A stretch of 44,329 nt of DNA. Source: a virus (lineage: Duplodnaviria > Caudoviricetes). The stretch is from positions 1 through 44,329 of the IMG/VR virus record IMGVR_UViG_3300012267_000007; one strand, given 5' to 3'. Of the stretch, positions 14,819 through 25,193 are shown one piece after another. The translations under genes and the position numbers were made by a program. Positions within the stretch are counted from its first letter, which is position 1; each line of letters opens with the position of its first letter. The notes below the pieces were generated by a model. That model saw only the letters and a list, made by a program, of their open reading frames with translations. It was not told the DNA's origin and did no database searches.

Positions 14819-15982
14819 ATGGCAGATTTTCCAGTAGAAATTGTTAATTATTGGTCTGGGTCGGCAAGTCCGGTATCTGGTTCCACTTCTTTTGGCTATT
14901 TCGATAATGATCCAAAATTTCAAACAGACGCACCAAAATTGGCTAATCATATAGCTACACAATTGGGGTGACCCGTAAATGATATTGAAATCACGGATAA
15001 TGAAATATATGATTGTATAGAATTAGCCATGATGGAATTTAGTTATTTAATTAACGAATTTCGAACTGAAGAAGAATTCTTTGAATTACTTGGTCAGCCA
15101 TCCGGATCAGATTTTTCTAATAAATTAATTTTCCCATCTATTAAAAGTGTTATTAGATTATCAGAGGGATATAATATTGAAGCTGGTGTTCCAAGTGAAA
15201 TTACAATGTATACCGGATCCATAGATGTAGTTAAGGGTCAACAAAATTACAACTTACAGGAAGAATATTTTGATGTGGTACACCCATCAGAACACTCTTT
15301 CTCTATTCAACGTGTATTTCATTATCGTACACCTGCGGCTCGTGCATTTCTTAATTCACAATTCAACTATCCTATTAATGGTGTAGGCAACGTAACAGTT
15401 GCCGATGGATACTTCTACACATTAATGCCGTTTGCATGAGATGTATCCCGTATGCAATCGATTAATACTCATAGGGATTTGCGCCTGTCCAATTACGCCT
15501 TTGAAATACATGGGAATAATATACGACTATTTCCGGTTCCGGCTGTACCATTCAAATTAAATTTCCATTACACATTGGGTTCAGAAGAGCAAGGAGTAAT
15601 GCCGAATGATCTGAATAGTATTTATAATCAGGACGATCTAATTGTCAAGCCGTCCGATATTAATTTTGGAATGATTTCATGGCAACATATTAATAGTCAT
15701 TACCGAACATGAGTTATTAAATATTCCACGGAAATGGCAAAAAAGAAAATGGGTATCAACCGGAGAAAGTATAATAATATTGATTATGCTGGTGGTTCAA
15801 TAGCTTTGGATGGGGATCAGTTAATATCTGAGGCTTCAACAAAAATGGATGCTATGGAACAAGATATAAAGGAATCATTATCAAAAATTAGTAAAGATCA
15901 AGGTTTAACAAATAAAGCCAATATGATCCAAAACCAAAAACAAATTCTTAATGGTACACCATTGGGTATTTATAGAGTGTAA
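14819..15982 (+). CDS. neck/head-completion protein (T4 gp13-like, 387 aa), three TGA=Trp
   Basis: Single frame joins three track ORFs: LG*PVNDIEI (14969), PFA*DV (15437), YRT*VIKYS.EMAK..MG..R.KY (15710), LDGDQL. Confidence 0.85.
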
Positions 15983-15988
15983 TAATAT

Positions 15989-16693
15989 ATGGAAACCCCA
16001 GATACAACTATTAAATTAATTGATATAGATGAAGCTATCTATGATTATATAGAACATAATATAGCTTTTGATTTTGAAGATGTCAGTAAAAAATTGGTTA
16101 AAGTTGGCGTAGATTATAAAAATAGAGAAAGATATTTATCTACATTTCAACAAAAAACCAAAAAAACTAAAACTGAAGAAGTATACCAATTACCTGTTAT
16201 CTTACTGAAAAGGGATAATATTCGTATTATAAAAAATGAACGTCCACATTGGGCACCAGAAGATATATTATTAGATCATATAACTACACGATCAGTTCCA
16301 ACAATTAATAAAGAAGGTGAATACGAATATATTTATCAACGTATGCCCGTAAAAATTGAATCTTCGTATAGTGTAGATATTATATCATCTTATAAATATC
16401 ATGCTGATCATATAATCGAACAATACATTTTACATGAGAATAAATTTTGAAATTCTTCTTGGTATGCGTTTCGTGTATCGTTTGATGATTTTTCTAATGG
16501 TTCCACTCCACCCCAAAATGGACAAGAACGTATTATTCGCCACACATCTAATATGACAGTTGAAGGTTATATTTTACCGGAAAGAAATAACTTGAAAAAA
16601 ATATCTACAAAAGTTATTCCAAGTGTAAGTAATGTTATTGTAGGAGAGAGTGAAATGACTTTGAGTGAATTTAGAAAGAAATATAATATGTAA
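15989..16693 (+). CDS. tail completion/sheath stabiliser protein (T4 gp15-like, 234 aa), TGA=Trp
   Basis: DIDEAI, QLPVI..KR; after TGA 16448 continues NSSWYAFRVSFDDF...ERIIR...VEGYILP to TAA 16693. Confidence 0.75.
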
Positions 16694-16828
16694 TTATCAA
16701 TCTAATTCGATAGTTCCGTCCATTATACCTATTTTTAATTCATCTATTAAATCATTAGCAACATCATAATTTCCTTCCACGATGTTTTCTTGTATTCTGT
16801 TTAAATATTCTATTGTATTTTCTTCCAT
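16694..16828 (-). CDS. small acidic protein ending TGA-TAA
   Basis: MEENTIEYLNRIQENIVEGNYDVANDLIDELKIGIMDGTIELD(W). Confidence 0.5.
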
Positions 16829-16849
16829 TTGTTTATTTATTTTTAATAT

Positions 16850-16892
16850 AAAAAAGCCTTATAGTCATGAGTAACTATAAGGCTTTCGTTTT
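16850..16892. terminator. hairpin terminator downstream of groEL, probably bidirectional
   Basis: AAAGCCTTATAGT-N8-ACTATAAGGCTTT with T runs on both strands. Confidence 0.8.
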
Positions 16893-16947
16893 TTTGTTCA
16901 CTATTTTTTAACGTTCACGTTACGTGAACATTCTTTATTTATGAACA

Positions 16948-19572
16948 CTACATTTGCGGTGGCATTGCCACGTATTGAACATTTTCATCATCATCTTCGT
17001 TAATACTAATCATACCTTCTGTTGTAAGAAGTAGGGAAGAAATGGATGATGCATTTTGTAACGCCAATCTAATTACTTTTGTTGGATCAATAATACCGGA
17101 ATCTAATAGATCTTCTATTTGACCCGTTTTAACATTAAATCCATATGGTATTCCTTTTTTGAGAATATCATATTTGTATTTAGAAATATTATCATTTTCG
17201 AATCCGGCATTAATCAATATTTGATTAAACGGTTCTCGGATAGCACCCAAAATAATCGACTTTCCTTTTTCCTGATCTTCATTTTCCAATTTAAAATCAC
17301 TTGATGTAATTAATTCCGAAATATGTAATAAAGCAGATCCACCACCAATAGTATAACCCTCATCAATAGCCGCTTTTGTAGCATATAGAGCATCTTCTAT
17401 CCGATCCTTTTTCTCCTGTATTTCAACTTCAGATGATCCACCCACTTTAATTACAGCAACACCATTAGTTAATGAGCTATACCGTTCTACAACTCTTTCA
17501 CGCTCATAATCACTTAATGATTCATTTTTAATTTCAGATTCTAACAGTTCAATCCGGTTTTGTAATTCATCCGGATCCGACTTACCATCAATAATTACAG
17601 TAGCATCTCTATGAATTTTTACTTTCTTAGCAACACCCAGATCCTTTTTAGTAACTGAATCTAATTTTCTACCCGTATCTGTTGTGATTAGTGTACCTCC
17701 GGTGAGCGCACACATATCTTTCATCATTTCCAATCGCCTATCACCAAATGCTGGTGATTTTACAGCCGCACATTTCACCATACCCTGCATTTTATTGACA
17801 ACCATGGTAGATAGTGCTTGCCCCTCAACATTCTCAGCAATAATAAGTATTGGTCGTTCCAAATCTACAGCAATATTTAATACGTGTGCTACAGATTTCA
17901 CATTTGCCACTTTACCATCAAAAAATAGAATTAAACAATTCTCAAATTCCACAGTATGTTCTTTCGAATTAGTAACAAAATAAGGGGATAAATAACCCGA
18001 TTCAAATTGTACACCCTCTACAAATTCAAGATAAGTATCCATTGTAGATGAATTATCAATAGATACATATCCATCCCGACCAACTTTTTTGACGGAATCT
18101 TTAATCAAATTTGCAATATAATCATCCCCGTTTGCAGAGATTCGTGCAATCCTTTCTATCTGTTCATCTGAATCAATTTCCTGACTCATGTTTTGTAAGT
18201 CATCAACAATCTGTGATACCGTCTTGTCGATCCCACGTTTGATCGATACGGCGTTCGAACCCTTTGACACAAGGTCTAACCCTTTGTTTAATATTGCTTG
18301 TGATAGAACCGTCGAGGTTGAAGTATTATGGGTAAGAATATATCCATCGGTAACGTATAAACTATCTTCATTGCTAACTTTAATACATCTCATTGGAACG
18401 TGTTTTCCGGTAGGAGTTATACTAACAATTTTATGACCATATTTATATCCCTTTAATTGATTAAATCTGTAAATAGATGTATCGGAATATGAATCGGGAT
18501 CATTACTTCTATTATGTAGTCTATAATATAATGGAATACCCATACTGTAACATAACTCCCTGAAATCTTCAGCCAATTTATCACTAATAGTGATAAATTC
18601 AAATAATCCCTTATTATTTATATGTCCATCCGTATCCAATAATCCTTGAAGTAATTGTTCTCTGTTTTCTCTGGAATTATACAAATAAACCTTTGGTATG
18701 AATTTTTCAGAACTCTTCATATTATCTAATCCTGTTTCTTTAACAGCATCTAATAATTGTTGCCCATAAAATCGCAAACGAATGCAATTTTTCTTTGGTA
18801 TATCCTCTGTTGTCATATTTACATTTTCGGGCATTACCAATTTATCAATAATGTGCTTTTTATTGTAACCGATAGTAACTTCTATCGCCCGTTCCTCAGT
18901 TTTTAAATAACCATCTCCAATTAAAACGCCAACTGTATATGGGTCAAGTGGAACCTCTTGTTCATTAAATTCGACTTCATTTTTTCTAACATAATATCCA
19001 TGTTGTACATCACTATTAGAATATTGAAACTTTATTTTTTTAGATTCTAATAGTTCTTTAACAGACAATGTTTTTTTAGAACCGTAGTGAGTAATTATTG
19101 ACCATAAATGTGTATCATCACATTCTACAACTCTACCATCAGAAAATTTAACTTCATGTAGTTCAAGATTACCTTTTTCATGCACTTCTTCTACTACTTG
19201 TATACTATTATCTGATCCATTGATAATATCACCCTTTTTAATATCTCCCATAGTAGTCCACCCATTAGGTGTTGATATTTTACTATGATACGGTTGACAA
19301 CCATCTCCCGTTTCTTTAGCTGTCTTTGATGCTACGGATTTTACCAGATCAGCACCCAATCTTTCTTTAGGATCTTTCAAATTTATATGATTAGCTACCG
19401 TCACACCATCCTTTGTAATGAGTGGTTCATCACCATCCCTTTGAATGATTATGTTTCGACCACTCGCACCAAGAGTTGTTTTTACTACATTGGCTACCTT
19501 ATTCACGCCCGAAGCTAATGTTGCACGTGCTGAATAACCATGGTCAATATTATTATATTCTTTGTTCATCAT
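16948..19572 (-). CDS. groEL: chaperonin GroEL interrupted by an intein (549 aa after splicing)
   Basis: ITKDGVTVA, GDG|intein|TSTSTVL, GYLSPYF, AVKSPAFGDRR, EKKDRIEDAL, GIIDPTKV. Confidence 0.95.
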   Translation of the reverse strand: MMNKEYNNIDHGYSARATLASGVNKVANVVKTTLGASGRNIIIQRDGDEPLITKDGVTVANHINLKDPKERLGADLVKSVASKTAKETGDGCQPYHSKISTPNGWTTMGDIKKGDIINGSDNSIQVVEEVHEKGNLELHEVKFSDGRVVECDDTHLWSIITHYGSKKTLSVKELLESKKIKFQYSNSDVQHGYYVRKNEVEFNEQEVPLDPYTVGVLIGDGYLKTEERAIEVTIGYNKKHIIDKLVMPENVNMTTEDIPKKNCIRLRFYGQQLLDAVKETGLDNMKSSEKFIPKVYLYNSRENREQLLQGLLDTDGHINNKGLFEFITISDKLAEDFRELCYSMGIPLYYRLHNRSNDPDSYSDTSIYRFNQLKGYKYGHKIVSITPTGKHVPMRCIKVSNEDSLYVTDGYILTHNTSTSTVLSQAILNKGLDLVSKGSNAVSIKRGIDKTVSQIVDDLQNMSQEIDSDEQIERIARISANGDDYIANLIKDSVKKVGRDGYVSIDNSSTMDTYLEFVEGVQFESGYLSPYFVTNSKEHTVEFENCLILFFDGKVANVKSVAHVLNIAVDLERPILIIAENVEGQALSTMVVNKMQGMVKCAAVKSPAFGDRRLEMMKDMCALTGGTLITTDTGRKLDSVTKKDLGVAKKVKIHRDATVIIDGKSDPDELQNRIELLESEIKNESLSDYERERVVERYSSLTNGVAVIKVGGSSEVEIQEKKDRIEDALYATKAAIDEGYTIGGGSALLHISELITSSDFKLENEDQEKGKSIILGAIREPFNQILINAGFENDNISKYKYDILKKGIPYGFNVKTGQIEDLLDSGIIDPTKVIRLALQNASSISSLLLTTEGMISINEDDDENVQYVAMPPQM
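18325..19299 (-). mobile_element. intein (325 aa) with LAGLIDADG homing endonuclease
   Basis: N-terminal CQPYHSKISTPNGW, block B CDDTHLW, GVLIGDG and LQGLLDTDG, C-terminal YILTHN followed by Thr. Confidence 0.95.
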
Positions 19573-19597
19573 ATTATTTTATGTTGTTTTATTTAAA

Positions 19598-20308
19598 TTA
19601 AATTTCAAATCCGTATAATACAGTATTGTTTAGATCACGCCCCTTCATAAAAATACCATCCCCCTCTCGTGATCCGGCAACATTAGTATTACCTTCTATT
19701 GTTACTACTTTGTTCTGTTTTGAATTTACTATTGATTTAAAAGGATCTACAAAATATACGTGTCCATAACCCGATTCTTTTACCCATCCACCAATATATA
19801 CATTATTTCTTCTTAACTGTTTAATATCTGTTATTTGATTGTTATCCGAACGGGTAGAAGCATATGTTATCCATTCCCGTGCCAATGCAGATTTAAATTC
19901 AAAATTGGTGTACGTTTTTTCCATGCACCACGAAATAAAACAGGCACACCAAGCATATCCTTTCTTTTCTTTATCATCAAAATCAAATGATGGGAAACAT
20001 ACCTTAATAAATTCATCTACTAATAATCCCCTATTATCAGAAGATCCATCCCCATCAACATCCAATTCAACCGCTTCTCCCACTAAACTATTAGCCAATT
20101 TAATATGTGGTAATTCCTTTTCCATGATGGTTGGTTTAATAGTAGAATCCATCATATCCTTATTCATTATTCCGGTAGTGGGTAATTGATTAAGTTCCTG
20201 CCATGCTTTAATTGCAGATTCAGTATTATCCCCAAAAATTCCATCTGCGTGAATATTTAAAAAATATTGTACAATTCTAACGTTTTTACTTATTTCGCCC
20301 TTTTGCAT
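19598..20308 (-). CDS. lysin-like protein: peptidoglycan-binding domain plus CHAP amidase
   Basis: ADGIFGDNTESAIKAWQ..TG; AWCACFISW, GHV, TIEGNT...SREG. Confidence 0.85.
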   Translation of the reverse strand: MQKGEISKNVRIVQYFLNIHADGIFGDNTESAIKAWQELNQLPTTGIMNKDMMDSTIKPTIMEKELPHIKLANSLVGEAVELDVDGDGSSDNRGLLVDEFIKVCFPSFDFDDKEKKGYAWCACFISWCMEKTYTNFEFKSALAREWITYASTRSDNNQITDIKQLRRNNVYIGGWVKESGYGHVYFVDPFKSIVNSKQNKVVTIEGNTNVAGSREGDGIFMKGRDLNNTVLYGFEI

Positions 20309-20310
20309 TA

Positions 20311-20907
20311 TTATAATTTTATTGGTTCTGATTTTTGTAATTGTGATCTATAAATATCTTTTTGACCCATTATGTCATAAATATCATCGAAAGAATACGG
20401 TTCACCCTGAAATTTTCCATCCACTGAAACATCAAATATGCGCTCATCTGGTGCCGAAAAATAATTATATCTAACTGCACCATGTAAATGTCAAGCTCCC
20501 TGATCCATACGATTTCATACCCGTTGTGGGTGGTGATTCATTGTTACAGGAATATTATTAATAAAAATATCTAACTTGTAATATACAGAAGCTAATTCTT
20601 TTTTACAAGATAAAATGTTGTCGTGTGTATCATCGGTACCAACTATTAGATTGATTCTACCATTTAAATTTTTCAATACATCTTTTACTTCTTTTTGATT
20701 CCCAACCGAGAAATTACCTAAATGGAAAACTATATCTCTGGGTTGTACTTTTTGATTTCATTTAATAATAAAATCATCTTTCATTGCTTGATGAGAAGGA
20801 TAACCCCTCTCTATAGCTGTTGTATTGTCAAAAAAACGGTGATCAGATATATAATGTATATCTTCTCTAACTTTGCTGATCCCCGACAGTCCTTTCAGGT
20901 AATTCAT
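20311..20907 (-). CDS. calcineurin-like phosphoesterase homolog (198 aa), three TGA=Trp, degenerate metal ligands
   Basis: YISDHRFF...IK*NQKVQPRDIVFHLGNFS...LNGRINLIVGTDD...HHPQRV*NRMDQGA*HLHGAV...FDVSVD; TGA at 20758, 20515, 20491. Confidence 0.85.
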
Positions 20908-21334
20908 TCATTTTTGATTTTATGTCTTTGATTCGTTTAATTTCTTGTCGTTTACGTTTAATATTTTCTTTAATGGCATCGATTTTTTCATTCTCTTCAT
21001 CGATCTCATTTTCTAAACGATCTCTTAATTTTTTGTCTGATGTGTTTGTATTTGAAAAAAAGTATATCGGAAATTTGTAATTAGAATCCCGTATTAAACA
21101 AAAAAAGTAATAAAATATATCCTTGTCCATTTTTCCATTATTGATATGATCATGATAGTATACTAATTCTTCGACTGAATTAATTTCATATATCATTTCA
21201 CCTTCAATATTGGCAGATTTTAAGCCGGATACATTGTCATAATTGTTACGTGACTCTTCATATTTCTTACATTGATACTTAGAATCAAATTCAAAACCAT
21301 CATCGGAAATGAATTTGGTCTTCATATTATCCAA
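20867..21334 (-). CDS. hypothetical protein
   Basis: FISDDG.EF.SK..C..YE N-terminus plus coiled coil. Confidence 0.65.
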   Translation of the reverse strand: MDNMKTKFISDDGFEFDSKYQCKKYEESRNNYDNVSGLKSANIEGEMIYEINSVEELVYYHDHINNGKMDKDIFYYFFCLIRDSNYKFPIYFFSNTNTSDKKLRDRLENEIDEENEKIDAIKENIKRKRQEIKRIKDIKSKMNELPERTVGDQQS

Positions 21335-21557
21335 AAAGTAATTTGTTATTATTTAGTTGATTTGCCTCTGTTGTCGTGGCTTGACGTGTTTCCACAAAAT
21401 TCATTGGAATGTCTTGTAAAACATCTCCATCATCAAAGTAATAATTGTTACCATCATTATATTTTGTTTTGTACCATTTAGATACATAAATATTATTCTG
21501 AGTAGCAAACTTTGTAGCTTGTGGCTTATTTTCGTTAACTCGTATTAAAGTAACCAT
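21327..21557 (-). CDS. hypothetical protein
   Basis: 76 aa ORF in operon. Confidence 0.6.
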   Translation of the reverse strand: MVTLIRVNENKPQATKFATQNNIYVSKWYKTKYNDGNNYYFDDGDVLQDIPMNFVETRQATTTEANQLNNNKLLFG

Positions 21558-21558
21558 G

Positions 21559-21882
21559 TTAATTGTTTATATATGTGTTTGTATTATAAAAATCTAAAAG
21601 TAATTTTTCAATCTGGATAGACAAAAATTCAATATCCTTTGTATTAACTAAATATGTTCTTTTACCATTTTTATAAAAAAAATAATTACTATCTGATTTA
21701 TTCACAAAAATATTAACCGGATCTATAAATTCTAATGATAATAAAGATTTTAATGAGTTTTCTCTCAATATGTGCATATATATTTGATGGGATCTGCCCC
21801 TTAAATTATGGAAAAAGAAGTGGCAAAATGCCAGCTTCTTTTTCACATCCCCTTCCAATTTTATAGTATTAGTAAAATTCAT
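21559..21882 (-). CDS. hypothetical protein
   Basis: 107 aa ORF coupled by TAATG to phoH. Confidence 0.6.
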   Translation of the reverse strand: MNFTNTIKLEGDVKKKLAFCHFFFHNLRGRSHQIYMHILRENSLKSLLSLEFIDPVNIFVNKSDSNYFFYKNGKRTYLVNTKDIEFLSIQIEKLLLDFYNTNTYINN

Positions 21883-22559
21883 TAGGATTTAATTATTTTG
21901 TCCCCTTCCATGTAGTTTAATATCTTATCTACTACGGGGTGTCTATGATTTTCTTTTAATTCGAAAAATCCTATTTCATCTACGTATTTCTGCATTTCAT
22001 ATAACTTAGATAATCCGGAATCTTTCTTATATTGCAAATCGATCTGTTTTTGATCACCCGCAAACACCATTTGACTATATTTACCCAAACGTGTAAGCAA
22101 CATTTTTGTCTGCTCTACAGTTAAATTCTGACATTCATCTACAATTACAAATGATTTATTCATTGTAATACCTCGTGCAAATTGGAGTGGTAAAATTTCT
22201 ATACGGTTTTCGTCCTGTAACAATTTTAAACCTTCCGGTGCTACTAATTCTTTTATATTTTGATAGATAGGTTGCATTCAGGGTTCCATTTTATCATGCA
22301 TGGATCCTTTCAAAAATCCAATATCTTCAGTACCCACGGTAGGTCTAATGAAATATAATTTGCGAACTTCTTTTTGTATAATTTTTTCAATTCCTATAGC
22401 AACAGAAAGAAATGTTTTCCCACTTCCGGCTTTCCCAGTAATTATCGATACTGGTTTTTTTTCTATAAGTTCTTTTGCTTGATGTTGTTCTTCGTTGAGG
22501 TTAGCTTTGGCAATATTATAATTTAACTTCCTTGCCATCCGTGTTCCGCTTTTCGCCAT
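21882..22559 (-). CDS. phoH: PhoH-like ATPase (225 aa), TGA=Trp
   Basis: GKAGSGKT, RP, IGFLKG...KMEP*MQPI (PhoH PW motif, TGA 22278), RG.T, IVDECQN, LTRLG, GD..QID, HRHP. Confidence 0.93.
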
Positions 22560-23091
22560 GTGATTGTCGTTGGTTTATATTATTTGTTAGATAATTGTAT
22601 AAGAAATGCAAATAAACATCGTTTGATAGATGTTTTATATCTTCATACCCCGAAATCATATTTTTTGTATTAACTTCGAATCAGCTTCCATCTGTCGGTT
22701 TATCCATAACATTCATTGTTTGAACATTCACAATGTATAAGTGGCGTTTTCCAGTACACGATTTAGTAAAATTATATGCTCCCACAAAATCATATTTGGA
22801 ACTATCAGAAACATATATCCCTGTTTCTTCTTTTAATTCTCTAACAGCCGCTATAAAGGCATCTTCTCCATCATCTATTGTTCCGGTAACACACGTAATT
22901 TCCCTAATATTATCTGATCATAAAGAAATAGGCTCTATTAAAGTGATTATCCTCAACGTGCCATCAGAATCATAAAAATAAGGTAGTATGACAACCTTAT
23001 CATCCTCTTCAAAAAAATAATAATCTTCCCCATTGTGGTTTTGTTCACTTCACAGTGACAAATAACCTACAGATTTAATTAGCTTTTTCAT
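22516..23091 (-). CDS. Nudix hydrolase (191 aa), three TGA=Trp
   Basis: Nudix box GTIDDGEDAFIAAVRELKEETG in a frame broken only by TGA at 23050, 22918 and 22681. Confidence 0.88.
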
Positions 23092-23112
23092 ATAAAATAA
23101 TTTTTCTATTAA

Positions 23113-23739
23113 CTATAAGTAAACCATTAAATCCGAATCGAGATGTTTATTTATACTTACAAAATCATGTTCAAACATACCCGTATATATTGATGTAATA
23201 TGTTCTATTGGAATTGTCGTAAACTGTTTTCCCATATATATGTTACTGAACAATTCTTCATGGTTTTTATCATAATCGGTAGTATCTCTAATTTTTAATT
23301 TTTTTACACCATGATATATAATTTCTCTATATAATTCTTTAAATATTTTAATTAAGTTATGACCAATAATTTCTTTTGGATTAATTCCAGATTCCCAAAT
23401 ATATTTCGAAGCCACACGAATACACCGTTGGAAAGTATTAGATATTTCTGATGGAGTAATAATTCTTAAACGAACAATCCATACCATCTCCATACCATCT
23501 TTTTCAAATTTTATATCACAAATAATATAAGATTTACCAAAACCCGAATCATATATTAATTCTTTTATTTTTCCAATTTCTTTGATATTATTATCAAGCG
23601 TATCACCAACATTTATTATAATAGAAGTTTCTTTATGCAGAATTTTCCTGAAAGAATGTATATCATTGTGATAATTAGTCCAATCAATATTATTTTCAAT
23701 AAATTCTTTAGTATAATGAATTAAATCGTATTTATGCAT
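23113..23739 (-). CDS. hypothetical protein
   Basis: 208 aa ORF. Confidence 0.65.
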   Translation of the reverse strand: MHKYDLIHYTKEFIENNIDWTNYHNDIHSFRKILHKETSIIINVGDTLDNNIKEIGKIKELIYDSGFGKSYIICDIKFEKDGMEMVWIVRLRIITPSEISNTFQRCIRVASKYIWESGINPKEIIGHNLIKIFKELYREIIYHGVKKLKIRDTTDYDKNHEELFSNIYMGKQFTTIPIEHITSIYTGMFEHDFVSINKHLDSDLMVYL

Positions 23740-24316
23740 CTATATACCTTAATTTTTTAATTTTATTATTAATAATTTCTATTTGATTTGAATGTGGTAT
23801 CAGCCTATCATCCCATTTTGTAGTTTTTCTGGGTACATAATTATCAATATTTAATCCGAATACATCTTGGAATTTTTCTTTAGTTTGGTCATGAATTAAA
23901 TGATCCGTATTTATAATAATTAAATCGTATCCATATTTTTCTTTTGAAAAATTAGAAAAATTATCTATTTGGCGTTTTATTAGATTCAACCAATTAATAA
24001 TAGAAAAATCCAATTCTTCATCATATGGTAACAATTTATAAAAATTATTTTGTACTGCTCTATTTATTTGACTCGTAATAGATAAACCAACATCAGACAC
24101 TACACAATACACACACGTATCAATATTTAAATCTTTTATTGGTTTTATATAGTGGCACATTTTATATTCATATGCATAATTATACAATCTATATTTTTGT
24201 TCTAATATTGACCGGATATAATTAGATCTACACCCACCAAAAGAATTCAACCATAAATCTATAGGTTCTTTATTATTAACAACATCCCTCAAATAATCTT
24301 CACTAATCTTATACAT
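23732..24316 (-). CDS. sulfotransferase-like P-loop protein
   Basis: WLNSFGGCRSNYI resembles a PAPS-binding loop; follows the GT genes; weak. Confidence 0.4.
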   Translation of the reverse strand: MYKISEDYLRDVVNNKEPIDLWLNSFGGCRSNYIRSILEQKYRLYNYAYEYKMCHYIKPIKDLNIDTCVYCVVSDVGLSITSQINRAVQNNFYKLLPYDEELDFSIINWLNLIKRQIDNFSNFSKEKYGYDLIIINTDHLIHDQTKEKFQDVFGLNIDNYVPRKTTKWDDRLIPHSNQIEIINNKIKKLRYIDA

Positions 24317-25193
24317 TTTCTTCTTTTATTTTAATGGGCATTCCAAATTCATCATATTCCGGTAAACCGCCCCATTTTTCCTTAAATTTTTTGACATTTA
24401 CTGGCTCTGTTTTTTTCTGTCTGTCTGAAGAATCAGAAAAATCATCATCCGGAAAATGTGATCCCCTTGCACCAAAATGAAATATCATAGAATCATATAA
24501 TAATGCATATTTATAGCCTTCCTGTAACATGCGTAAATGAAGATCCATATCTTCCCATGATGTAGGATTAAATCTCTCATCATTACCACCAATATCCAAC
24601 CAATCCTTTGTTCGTATTAAATATCCACCAGCACCATGAATTTTTGGCACTTCGACCCCCCCATTTTGATATCTAAATTGTCGAACATATTTATGAAAGT
24701 TATCTTTTTTAAAATTTACATGTGTATAACCAAATACTTCTTTCTCTGCCACTAATGCACCATACGATTCAGCCCATATCTTGTCACTATTGGGGCTTTT
24801 CTTTTCAAATATATTTGGCTCTATCCGATGAGAGGAAACAATCATTGGTTCTTTTGTATGATTTACTATTCTATTATATAAATATAAATCAAAATCTTTA
24901 CCAACATACATATCTGAATGAAGAAATAATATATATTCCGTATCCACATTTTCAGCCAATACATTCATTCCACCGCCAATACCATTGGGTATGGGATTGT
25001 CTTCATGAATAATAAATGTTAAATCATACTCTTCTTTGTTATCTTCTAACCATTCATTTGTACCATCATCACAATTTTCAGCATAAACTAAAATTGGATT
25101 ATCATTATGAAAGGAATTTTCTCTTATTGATTGAATACATAATTCTAAATAATCAATATTATTGTGTGTATTTATTGCAAATGTTAAATCCAT
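24309..25193 (-). CDS. GT2 family glycosyltransferase
   Basis: DGTNEWL, FLHSDM, GGNDERF...WED.D, FHFG.RGS. Confidence 0.88.
   Translation of the reverse strand: MDLTFAINTHNNIDYLELCIQSIRENSFHNDNPILVYAENCDDGTNEWLEDNKEEYDLTFIIHEDNPIPNGIGGGMNVLAENVDTEYILFLHSDMYVGKDFDLYLYNRIVNHTKEPMIVSSHRIEPNIFEKKSPNSDKIWAESYGALVAEKEVFGYTHVNFKKDNFHKYVRQFRYQNGGVEVPKIHGAGGYLIRTKDWLDIGGNDERFNPTSWEDMDLHLRMLQEGYKYALLYDSMIFHFGARGSHFPDDDFSDSSDRQKKTEPVNVKKFKEKWGGLPEYDEFGMPIKIKEENV

Noticed and set aside
15029-15982. Fragmented neck, PhoH and baseplate ORFs read as pseudogenes or separate genes
   Set aside because: All breaks are in-frame TGA at plausible Trp positions in essential genes; recoding explains them.
14819-23091. 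TGA as selenocysteine or glycine
   Set aside because: The contexts match Trp (PW, TWRG, WN, WHLHG) rather than catalytic Cys; only the KTSC site would also fit Gly.
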